DNA of 60,606 nucleotides, counting the filler. It is 4 parts of 4 records of this genome, joined end to end, with 100 filler letters (N's around TTAATTAATTAA, not from the genome) between each part and the next. Parts side by side here need not be neighbours in the genome. Positions count along the whole stretch, not along the records: positions 1 to 29,289 come from SRR31156797_8801; 3 more parts are not named here. The stretch is one strand, 5' to 3'. The translations under genes and the position numbers were made by a program. Positions 9,369 through 18,115 of this stretch are shown piece by piece. Below the pieces are notes generated by a model. The model was given only the letters and a program-made list of their open reading frames with translations, searched no databases and was not told where the DNA came from. How positions within the stretch are numbered: the stretch's first letter is position 1; the number at the start of each line of letters is the position of its first letter.

Positions 9369-10481
9369 ATGACAGATTCCATATATCGAAGCGTGGTCGA
9401 GGACCAGACAGAGCTTATCCGTCGTTTTCGTCCCGACGGACGATTTATTTTTGTTAATCAGTCTTGCAGCCGTTTTTACGGCAAAAGTTCCGAGACCCTT
9501 CTTTCGTTACATTTTCAGGAGCTTCTGGACCCTGATGAGCGTGAGGACATTGTCCGGCAGGTATATTCATTAACGCCTGAGAATCCGGAGATTGTCACCG
9601 AGCCCCGTTACACCGATGAGGAGGGAGAAGCCCATTACGTGCAATACGTCACCCGGGCCATTTTTGATGAGGAAGGCAACGCTGTTGAGTATCAGTCGGT
9701 GGGCCGTAACGTCACGGCCCAGCGTAAGGCTGAAGCGACACTGGCTGAAGCACGCTCCGCTATGGAACGGGCCAGCCGGGTGACTACGTTTGCAGTTGTC
9801 GGCGGCGGTATCGCCCATGAGATCAATCAACCGCTCAATGCAATACGTCTGCTTTCTGCATCGGCTTTGCTGCTGGAAGATCGTTCCGAAACCCCGAATA
9901 AAAAAATCGTCCGCATTTTGCAGAATATTGCCGGACAGGTGGACCGTATCGACTCCATTGTTAATCATCTGCGCGAACACCTGCGCAACAATCAGACCGT
10001 AACAAGTGAGTTGTGCAATCTTGGAAAGGCTGTGCAGTCAGCCCTGTCCCTGATGAGGGCTCAGGTGGTTGCCAGGGGTATAGGGTTGGAACTTACCGTA
10101 GATCCAGAAATAAAGCTTGTTGCCGGGACCAGTATCAGGTTTGAGGAGCTGGTCATGAACATTGTTGCCAATGCCATGCAGGCTCTGGAAAACTGTGACG
10201 TTTGTCAGAAAACTATTTCTATCAGGGTTGTGCCTCAAGGTTCCGATTCCGTGGAACTTAGCGTGGCTGACAACGGCCCCGGATTTGATCCTAAACTTGC
10301 GGATGAACTTTTCGAGCCGTTTTTCTCCACCAAATCTCCGGGAACTTCCATGGGGCTTGGTTTGTCTATAGTGCGCACAATCGTGCAATCAGCCGGTGGG
10401 TCAGTTGTTGCGGAGAACCGTCCCGAAGGCGGGGCCTTGCTGCGGGTCATACTGCCTGCGGCCAAAGAGGGGAGAACGTAA
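9369..10481 (+). CDS. Cytoplasmic PAS sensor histidine kinase
   Basis: N-terminal PAS (YRSVVEDQTELI), GIAHEINQPL, DNGPG, PFFSTK, GLGLS. Confidence 0.92.
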   Translation: MTDSIYRSVVEDQTELIRRFRPDGRFIFVNQSCSRFYGKSSETLLSLHFQELLDPDEREDIVRQVYSLTPENPEIVTEPRYTDEEGEAHYVQYVTRAIFDEEGNAVEYQSVGRNVTAQRKAEATLAEARSAMERASRVTTFAVVGGGIAHEINQPLNAIRLLSASALLLEDRSETPNKKIVRILQNIAGQVDRIDSIVNHLREHLRNNQTVTSELCNLGKAVQSALSLMRAQVVARGIGLELTVDPEIKLVAGTSIRFEELVMNIVANAMQALENCDVCQKTISIRVVPQGSDSVELSVADNGPGFDPKLADELFEPFFSTKSPGTSMGLGLSIVRTIVQSAGGSVVAENRPEGGALLRVILPAAKEGRT

Positions 10482-10486
10482 GGAAT

Positions 10487-11938
10487 ATGCGTATCCTGCT
10501 TGTTGACGATGATGCGGCCACTCGTGAATCCCTTGCCGAATATCTTACCCTGCTAGGCCATGCGGTTACCCCGTGCGCGGAAGCAGTTTCCGCGTTGGGT
10601 ATTTTTTGTAACCATGATTTCGAAATGGTCCTTTCGGATATCCAGATGCCAGGCAGAACAGGGATCGAGCTGGTGCGCGATATAAAGGGCCTTTCCGGTT
10701 CCCATTCTGCGGACGTGGTTCTTTATACCGGACATGCCGATCTGGAACTTGCCATCGGTGCTTTGCGGGCCGGGGCATATGACTACCTGACCAAGCCTAT
10801 TAATCTTGAAGAGCTCGGCGCGATTCTGGATCGCGTGGCCGAGCATCAGTCTCTGCTACAGGAAAACGAAAGGCTGACTCACCGTTTTGAGGAAGTTGTG
10901 GCCGAGGCAACAAGTGATGTGCGGGGGGAGCTTTCCCAATTGCGTGAGCTGCTCGCCCGACAGGCCGGGCTGGACAATGTTGGAATATTCTCTGAACCCA
11001 TGTGGGAAGTGGTCAATCAGGCCCGGCGTTATCATGGGGACCGCGATCTGCCTGTGCTTATTCAGGGGGAAACGGGGGTAGGCAAGGATATTGTGGCTAA
11101 GCTGATTCATTACGGCGAGGATAATTCCCTGTCGCCACGTCCTTTTGTGGACATTAACTGCGCTGCGCTGCCAGCCAATCTTTTTGAGAGTGAACTGTTC
11201 GGCTATGAGGCCGGTGCTTATACAGGAGCCACCACCCGTGGAGCACGGGGCAAGATTGATTTGGCCACTGGCGGGACTCTTTTTCTGGATGAGATAGGTG
11301 AAATTCCGGTGGGATTGCAGGCCAAACTTCTGCGCGTAATTGAAGATAAAAGTTTTTACCGCGTGGGCGGGTTGAAGAAGGTCAAGACTGATATACGGAT
11401 TATCGCCGCAACAAACCTTAATTTGACCGAACGCATTGAACAGGGTCTTTTCCGCAGCGACCTTTATTACCGGCTCAGGGTGGGCAGCATCATAGTCCCG
11501 CCCCTGCGTGAACGGGCTGATGACATCATCCCGCTGGCCTTGCTGTTTCTGAAGTCTTTTTTTGAGAAACGGGGCAAGTTATTTAAAGAAATAAGTCCCG
11601 AAGCAGCCGATATTCTTATGGGTCATCCGTGGTCCGGTAATGTGCGGGAGCTCAGGAATGCCATGGAATGGATTTCAGTTATGCATGATGCGCAAGTGCT
11701 GTTGCCCAAGCATTTGTCCGGGTTCTTGGAAGGTATACAAAAAAGTTCTCCCGTGCGGGAAAGAACTTCCGCATTTCGGAATACAGGCCAAACTAAAAAA
11801 TCAAGACCTACTGAAGAAGATATAGATACTGCTCTTGCTGCAACTGGCGGCAACAAAACCAAGGCCGCCGCGCGATTGGGGATTTCCATTCGTATGCTTT
11901 ATTACCGACTTGCGGCTAGAGAACAGAGTGATAATTAA
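10487..11938 (+). CDS. Sigma54-dependent response regulator (NtrC/AtoC family)
   Basis: MRILLVDDD, GETGVGKD, ESELFG..GAYTGA, WSGNVREL, NKTKAAARLGIS. Confidence 0.95.
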   Translation: MRILLVDDDAATRESLAEYLTLLGHAVTPCAEAVSALGIFCNHDFEMVLSDIQMPGRTGIELVRDIKGLSGSHSADVVLYTGHADLELAIGALRAGAYDYLTKPINLEELGAILDRVAEHQSLLQENERLTHRFEEVVAEATSDVRGELSQLRELLARQAGLDNVGIFSEPMWEVVNQARRYHGDRDLPVLIQGETGVGKDIVAKLIHYGEDNSLSPRPFVDINCAALPANLFESELFGYEAGAYTGATTRGARGKIDLATGGTLFLDEIGEIPVGLQAKLLRVIEDKSFYRVGGLKKVKTDIRIIAATNLNLTERIEQGLFRSDLYYRLRVGSIIVPPLRERADDIIPLALLFLKSFFEKRGKLFKEISPEAADILMGHPWSGNVRELRNAMEWISVMHDAQVLLPKHLSGFLEGIQKSSPVRERTSAFRNTGQTKKSRPTEEDIDTALAATGGNKTKAAARLGISIRMLYYRLAAREQSDN

Positions 11939-11997
11939 TAGAAATTTTCGGCCCCGATCAGAGACCGGATATCAGAGATTAGAGAACGGAGATTTGT

Positions 11998-13407
11998 ATG
12001 AATCCGGATAGTGCAGGATTAATTGATTTTATTGACGAGAATAGAATCTGGGAAATTGTGGATTCCACCACCCGGACCGACGCCGATCAAGTTCACGATA
12101 TTTTGGACAAAGCGGCTGAAGCCAAAGGGTTGTCCCTAGAGGAAGCAGCAAGGCTTTTGCAAGTCGAGGATCTGGAGCTGAATGAGGCGATTTTTAAGAC
12201 TGCCCGCAAAGTCAAACAGGGTATTTACGGCAATCGCATGGTCCTTTTCGCGCCGCTGTACATCACCAATGAGTGCAGTAATCGTTGTGCCTATTGTGGT
12301 TTCAAGGCTACAAACAAGGATCTGTTACGCCGGACCCTTAGTGCGGATGAAATCAGGCAGGAAGTCTCGGTGCTGGAAAATCAGGGCCATAAACGTTTGC
12401 TGCTCGTTTATGGCGAGCATCCAAAGTTTGGTGCTGAGTGGATCGCAGAAACTGTGCGTAATGTCTATGATACTGTATCCGAGAAAAGCGGTGAAATCAG
12501 GCGGGTAAATATCAATTGCGCTCCGCTGGACGTTGCCGGATTCCGCAAACTGCATGAGGTTGGCATCGGCACCTATCAGTGTTTTCAGGAAACCTACCAT
12601 CGCGAAACTTACGCTGAATTTCATCCCAGCGGCCATAAAAATGATTACCTCTGGCGGCTGCATGCCATGCACCGGGCAATGGAAGCGGGTATCGATGATG
12701 TGGGCATGGGTACGTTGCTCGGCCTTTATGATTACCGTTTTGATACCATCGCCTTGCTGTCCCATGCCGCAGAGTTGGAAGCGAAGTTCGGAGTCGGTCC
12801 GCACACCTTGTCCTTTCCACGTTTGGAGCCGGCACTCAATGCCGATATCGCTTTTAATCCGCCGTATCCGATTTTTGATGCCCAGTTCAAGCGATTGGTG
12901 GCGGTGCTGCGTCTTTCAGTTCCCTATACGGGACTTATTCTCAGTACCCGTGAGGGACGGGGAATGCGCCGCGAGCTGCTTGATCTTGGTGTTTCACAGC
13001 TCAGTGCCGGGTCCCGGACCTACCCCGGAGCATATAGCGATCCTGATTATGACCGTCCGGATGTTCAGCAATTCTGTATCGGCGACAACCGCAGCCTTGA
13101 AGAAGTTATCAGTGAAATTGTGGAGCATGGTTACGTGCCTTCATGGTGTACAGCCTGCTACCGTGCCGGGCGGACCGGAGAACAGTTTATGGAACTGGCA
13201 AAAAAAGGATTCATTCAGGAATTCTGCCATCCTAATGCCTTGCTGACGTTTAAAGAATATCTGTTGGATTATGCCCATGCAGCAACGCAGGAACGGTGCA
13301 ATTCACTGATCAGACGGGAGCTGGAAGGCTTTGACGCAAAACGCAAGAATGTTGTGGCCGACAGGCTGAATCGTATTGAAAAAGGTGAACGTGATTTATA
13401 TTTGTAA
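11998..13407 (+). CDS. hydG: [FeFe]-hydrogenase H-cluster radical SAM maturase HydG
   Basis: FAPLYITNECSNRCAYCGF radical SAM motif, FQETYH, GPHTLSFPR, and the auxiliary-cluster motif CTACYR...FCHPNA. Confidence 0.93.
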   Translation: MNPDSAGLIDFIDENRIWEIVDSTTRTDADQVHDILDKAAEAKGLSLEEAARLLQVEDLELNEAIFKTARKVKQGIYGNRMVLFAPLYITNECSNRCAYCGFKATNKDLLRRTLSADEIRQEVSVLENQGHKRLLLVYGEHPKFGAEWIAETVRNVYDTVSEKSGEIRRVNINCAPLDVAGFRKLHEVGIGTYQCFQETYHRETYAEFHPSGHKNDYLWRLHAMHRAMEAGIDDVGMGTLLGLYDYRFDTIALLSHAAELEAKFGVGPHTLSFPRLEPALNADIAFNPPYPIFDAQFKRLVAVLRLSVPYTGLILSTREGRGMRRELLDLGVSQLSAGSRTYPGAYSDPDYDRPDVQQFCIGDNRSLEEVISEIVEHGYVPSWCTACYRAGRTGEQFMELAKKGFIQEFCHPNALLTFKEYLLDYAHAATQERCNSLIRRELEGFDAKRKNVVADRLNRIEKGERDLYL

Positions 13408-13620
13408 ATGTATTTGCAGAAAAGGATAAGTCATGATTTCCACAAGCGTAAATCTTCATTTCGTACTTTGCTGCCGACAGCAAAAACACTTTTAATTCCT
13501 ATGTCTGAAACAAGGCTTTACTTGTTGCTGTTCAAAGATATGATATTCTTTCTGTCAGGACCAGTTTCTGGCCGGAGCTTTGCTTAATTTTTATTCAGAC
13601 TTCAGAGAGTAAAGGTAAGC

Positions 13621-14745
13621 CTACAGCTTAGGTGTAATGTTCATGAAATTATTTGGAGGTTCGATGCCCAGTTCTTTGTTCAAGGTCTCTTTATAAATAT
13701 TAAAATGTTTTGCCGCCTTGGATTTTTGCTGGGTGATAGCATACATTTCCAGCAAAGTTAGAGTTAAACACTCTTCACATGGATTTTTGTTAAAAGCTTT
13801 GAGTAAGATGTCTTCTGCCTTGTCATATTGCTTTTGAGCAATATGTTTTTCAGCTAATTTTACTACCACGCTGTTGTATAACCCCAGTAGTCTGTTACGT
13901 TCCGGATAGAGCCATAAGCCTTCTTCTCCTTCCAAAAAGTCACCTAAATATAATTGCTCTATAGACTCCAAAACCTCAAAGTTTGTATTGGCATTGATCG
14001 CTGCAACTGAAGAGCTGAAAATCAATGAATCCTGACGTACCTCCGGGGCAATTTTTAAGGAATATTTGCCTTCGAGCTGAATTAATTTTTGATCGACCCC
14101 GGACTCCTCAAGAGTTTTGCGAATGTAGTGAATATTTTTGTAAAGCTGGTTTGTAGCAGTATTTAAATCATGGTCGGGCCAGAGAGTTTCAATAAGCTGT
14201 TCTTTGGAGACACGTTTGTCTTGTTTTAGGACCAGAAAAGCCGCAAGCTCGCGTGTTTTCTTGGAACGCCATTTTACGAGAGGTTTGCCTGACCAGATAA
14301 TTTCAAATTTGCCCATCGTATGGATCTCAAGTTTGTCGCTGTTGTTCACAACATTTTCTTGAGCTGCCGGGGATTTTTTAAATTTCATTAAAATTCTGTC
14401 GAATGTTGTAGCAAAACGTTTTTTTGAAACCGGCTTCAACAAGTAATCAAGAGCTTCAAGTTCAAAGGCATCTACTGCAAAGTCATCATATCCGGTAACA
14501 AAAACAATATGGGTCTTCTGGCATTTCTCTTTAATTATTGCGGCAGCATCAAGTCCTTGCAATTCTGGCATGTCAATATCCAGAAAGACCACTTGAGGCT
14601 TCTTATTTTCAATATTTTTCAATGCTTCAAGTGGATTTGTGTATGCTCCTTCAATTTGCACAGCAGGATAGTCGGCCAGCCTGCGCTCAAGCATCCTGAT
14701 TCCTGATTTTTCATCGTCTACTAGTATTACTTTCAACATATTCAA
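13621..14745 (-). CDS. Response regulator with REC, winged-helix and BTAD (SARP-family) domains
   Basis: ILVDDE, FLDIDMP, YLLKP receiver. WRSKKTRELAAFL, LIETLWP, LYLGDFLE and LNKELGIEP are typical SARP/BTAD segments. Confidence 0.88.
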   Translation of the reverse strand: MNMLKVILVDDEKSGIRMLERRLADYPAVQIEGAYTNPLEALKNIENKKPQVVFLDIDMPELQGLDAAAIIKEKCQKTHIVFVTGYDDFAVDAFELEALDYLLKPVSKKRFATTFDRILMKFKKSPAAQENVVNNSDKLEIHTMGKFEIIWSGKPLVKWRSKKTRELAAFLVLKQDKRVSKEQLIETLWPDHDLNTATNQLYKNIHYIRKTLEESGVDQKLIQLEGKYSLKIAPEVRQDSLIFSSSVAAINANTNFEVLESIEQLYLGDFLEGEEGLWLYPERNRLLGLYNSVVVKLAEKHIAQKQYDKAEDILLKAFNKNPCEECLTLTLLEMYAITQQKSKAAKHFNIYKETLNKELGIEPPNNFMNITPKL

Positions 14746-14752
14746 CCTGTAT

Positions 14753-17700
14753 TTAACTTTTCTTTGTTAAATGCATACTAACGGATGTCCCTTTTCCGTA
14801 GACACTTTCGACTTGTAGTGCGGTTCCGTATACTTTTTCTATTCTTTGTTGCAAATTTGATAATCCGATCCCATTTCCACTGAATCGTTCACCGGAAAGA
14901 ATTTTAGGAAGCTCCTCTGGAGAAATGCCGATTCCTGTGTCTTTGATTTGAATCATATATCCAGTGTCTATCGGGAAACCATTAATTTTAATGGTTCCGC
15001 CTCCTTTTTGTTTCAGAACTCCGTGTGCGGCGGCATTTTCTACTAATGTCTGAATAGCAAAAGGAATAACAGTAACCCCTGAACTTTCTGTTATGTTGAA
15101 TTCATAACTAATTTTTTCATGAAATCTGGCCTTTTGAATGGCAAGATAGGCGTTTACCAGCTCCAGTTCTTTTTCCAGTGGAATCTGTCGTTTTTTATAA
15201 TCAAATTTGAAACTTCGACGCAGGTAGTCTGATAAATCAGCGATGATGTCCGCAGCTTTTTCTCCATCTTCATAGCAGCAGTCCGAAATAACATTCATGG
15301 CGTTGTATAAGAAATGAGGATTAATCTGGGCCTGCAACATTCGTATTTCATTCTCTACAGAGAGCTCGTTGACCTGTTTCAATTGGGACAGGGTTCGGAC
15401 TCTTGACTTCAGCTCCTCATTTTCAAAGGGCTTGAACAGGAAATCGTTGGCGCCTGCTTCAAAGCAATCTACCAACCCGTCTAAATTGGTTTTTGCTGTT
15501 AGAATGATAACTGGGCATTCCAGCAGGTTAAAGCGATGCCTTATTTTTTGGGTAAGCTCTTCTCCGCTGTATTTAGGCATCATTAAATCAACAATTGCCA
15601 AAACCGTATCAGGGTTGTTCATGATTTCCTGCAGCCCTTCTTCCGCATCTACAAAACTTTTGATGCTGTAACCTTCCGGTTTTAATACACTGGCTGCGGC
15701 AAATATGTTTGGATAGTCGTCGTCAATTATGACAATAGTTTCTTTCCTTTCTCCTTGAATAAAGAACTGCTTGTCAGTGTTGGCGGGAATATATGGTTTC
15801 TGACTTTCCGTCTGCAATGGTTCGTCGGGCAGTTCTTCTGATGCAATTTGCTTGAGCGGAAGTTGAAGAGTGAAAACCGAACCTTTCCCTGACTCACTTT
15901 CAACTAGAATATCTCCACCATGGGCCTGCATGATTTCTTTGGATATACTCAGGCCGATTCCGAGTCCTCCATATCCTATGCTGATACTTTCATCTGCCTG
16001 TTCAAAAGAGTTAAAGATTCGATTTTGTTTTTCAGGGGCTATGCCGATTCCGGTATCGCTGACCGAGATATAAAGAATTTCGTCCTGTTCTCGCGTACGA
16101 ATTTCAATTCGTCCATTTTCCGGGGTAAATTTGATTGCATTCCCGAGCAGATTGTAAAGGACCTGAATGAGCCTGTATTTGTCACCGTAAACAAGTTCTG
16201 TTGAAGATGCTGTTTTCAAGGAAAGTTCAATTCTTTTGTCATCAAGCAAAGGTTGAACTTCCCTGACTGTATAGCCGAGGGTCTGTTTTATATTAAAATT
16301 GCTGTTGTGGAGTTTCACTCGACCATCATTGAGATTGGAAAAATCCAACAGGTCATTGATTAGCCTGTTCAGGCGGGTCATGCTGGAAAGAACCATGTCC
16401 ATGGATTCATTTTCGGCTGCTCCTAGCTTATTTCTTTCAGAACTCAACGATTTCAGCAGGGCTATCATGCTGTTAATGGGAGTCCTAAGCTCGTGGGAAG
16501 TGTTGGTTAGAAGCTGGTCTTTAACTTCGTTAGCCCGTTTTAAGTTCTGAGTAAGAAGTTCTGTTTTATGTAGAGTCCTTTCATATTTTTTGGCGGCAAT
16601 AACAGCAAAGCAGAGTACCAGGAAGACCAGTCCTCCCGGGGTGTACAATTCGTAGTCGGAAAAGGTCACTCCATATACATACAGAATGTCAAACATGACA
16701 CAGGATAATAGTATTGCTGACCCGAGTAGAACCAGTAATGCCCCTTGAACTCCCGCAGCCTGAGTTTTTGAAAGAACATACAGCCCGTACATGAATTCAA
16801 GGAGAAGAAGAATATCTTTGGTCATAGCTACGGGGCCGATGAGATGTTGCTCAAAAAAGAAAATTATACCGAACAACACTATCGCTTTGGCAATTGATAT
16901 GAGTCTTATCTTTTTGCTGACTCTGCTCGGGTAAATGCTGTCTATCACGTGCAAGTACAGAGTTCCGCCTGCAATAGAAATAATGTAGTATAGTACATAG
17001 TAAGCTTTAAAAGGGATGTTTGGAATAATCGATCTGATTGCCATGCTTCCGGTAGAGGATATATAGAAGGCTGAAAATACAGTCAGTAAGGCAAGGCAGA
17101 ACAATACATAGTTATCTTTGGGCGCTTTGGTGACAATCATTACAAAAAGCAAAAACATCATTGCTGTGAGGCCGAGCAAGAATACATCTTTTGAATGGTT
17201 TGCCAATTTTACGGCCGAAAGTGTTCCTGCTTTACCCAGCAAAATGGGCTTGTAGTAGCCACCCTCCTGATAGGTGAAGCTCGCAACTTGAATGGTCAAG
17301 GTTAGTTCCTTTTCAAGGAAGAGAGAGAAGAGACGGGGCTCATATTCAGGAATAGTGTCTTGAGCTGTAATCCCCGGCTTCCCGACGGAAAAAGCCAGTT
17401 CATTATTTGCGTATACCCGGTAGGCCTCAATTGGTGCGACCGGAAAATATAGTTCAATATTTCTAGGCTCACCTTTATTGATTATTTTAAGTTGAAAGGT
17501 TCCATGGCCCTTACTACCCATAATGGTTTTACCGAATTGCTGTCCTTTCCATAATCCGGGTAGGGTCATGTATCCCTTGGTCCCACTGTAAGAAGGGCTT
17601 TCCTGTGGAGAGACATAAGCATCGGGGAAAAAAAGCCATTGGCCGTTAAGGTGAAGCACTTTGTCATGCAAGGAGTTTTCTTCAATATAGACTTTACCTG

Positions 17701-17854
17701 AATGAACGCTTGGCCCTGCGTTATAGGTATCTGTAAAATAAAGCAGCAGCCAGGTTGTGAAGGCAATAGATGCGATACTCAAAAAGAAAAAGAGTATCGT
17801 TTTCAGAAGATTCATATTTTTGAAAAAAGCAACTTTCCGACCCACGTCCCCCAT
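14753..17854 (-). CDS. Hybrid sensor kinase: extracellular sensor, 7TM (DISM-like), HisKA/HATPase, REC, second LytS-type His_kinase/HATPase
   Basis: LNGQWLFFP sensor region, multiple TM helices, NTSHELRTPIN, NLLGNAIKFT, IIDDD..DLMMP..KPF, LQAQINPHFLYN, QTLVENA, GIGLSNL. Exact start is uncertain. Confidence 0.9.
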   Translation of the reverse strand: MGDVGRKVAFFKNMNLLKTILFFFLSIASIAFTTWLLLYFTDTYNAGPSVHSGKVYIEENSLHDKVLHLNGQWLFFPDAYVSPQESPSYSGTKGYMTLPGLWKGQQFGKTIMGSKGHGTFQLKIINKGEPRNIELYFPVAPIEAYRVYANNELAFSVGKPGITAQDTIPEYEPRLFSLFLEKELTLTIQVASFTYQEGGYYKPILLGKAGTLSAVKLANHSKDVFLLGLTAMMFLLFVMIVTKAPKDNYVLFCLALLTVFSAFYISSTGSMAIRSIIPNIPFKAYYVLYYIISIAGGTLYLHVIDSIYPSRVSKKIRLISIAKAIVLFGIIFFFEQHLIGPVAMTKDILLLLEFMYGLYVLSKTQAAGVQGALLVLLGSAILLSCVMFDILYVYGVTFSDYELYTPGGLVFLVLCFAVIAAKKYERTLHKTELLTQNLKRANEVKDQLLTNTSHELRTPINSMIALLKSLSSERNKLGAAENESMDMVLSSMTRLNRLINDLLDFSNLNDGRVKLHNSNFNIKQTLGYTVREVQPLLDDKRIELSLKTASSTELVYGDKYRLIQVLYNLLGNAIKFTPENGRIEIRTREQDEILYISVSDTGIGIAPEKQNRIFNSFEQADESISIGYGGLGIGLSISKEIMQAHGGDILVESESGKGSVFTLQLPLKQIASEELPDEPLQTESQKPYIPANTDKQFFIQGERKETIVIIDDDYPNIFAAASVLKPEGYSIKSFVDAEEGLQEIMNNPDTVLAIVDLMMPKYSGEELTQKIRHRFNLLECPVIILTAKTNLDGLVDCFEAGANDFLFKPFENEELKSRVRTLSQLKQVNELSVENEIRMLQAQINPHFLYNAMNVISDCCYEDGEKAADIIADLSDYLRRSFKFDYKKRQIPLEKELELVNAYLAIQKARFHEKISYEFNITESSGVTVIPFAIQTLVENAAAHGVLKQKGGGTIKINGFPIDTGYMIQIKDTGIGISPEELPKILSGERFSGNGIGLSNLQQRIEKVYGTALQVESVYGKGTSVSMHLTKKS

Positions 17855-18022
17855 AATTCCCCGTACCTTTATTTATCTCGTCTGAATTCGTTTCTTTTAT
17901 AATTGTTATATTTACTTGGATATCAAATAGGATAGGGAAAATCATTTTGTCAAGAAATTGAGCACTAGATTCCATTAACACGGATAAATGAATCATATTT
18001 TTAGAAAGTTAGATTAATAAAC

Positions 18023-18058
18023 TTTGGGAAGTTTTTGGGAAGGAGGAGGGTGTATATT
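18023..18058 (+). promoter_or_regulatory. 11-bp-spaced direct repeat (TTTGGGAAG x2) plus -10 box; probable SARP-type activator site for the autotransporter
   Basis: TTTGGGAAG at 18023 and 18034, TATATT at 18053-18058, and a degenerate TTTAGAAAG at 18000. Confidence 0.6.
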
Positions 18059-18115
18059 AATTTCTTAATCTGACAATGCAGATATTATTTTAGATATACA
18101 TCGAAGAGAGGGGCT

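Noticed and set aside
12533-13246. 237-aa alternative-frame ORF within hydG, and similar overlapping ORFs in contig 1
   Set aside because: They are fully nested in well-supported genes with no recognisable motifs, as expected by chance at this GC content.
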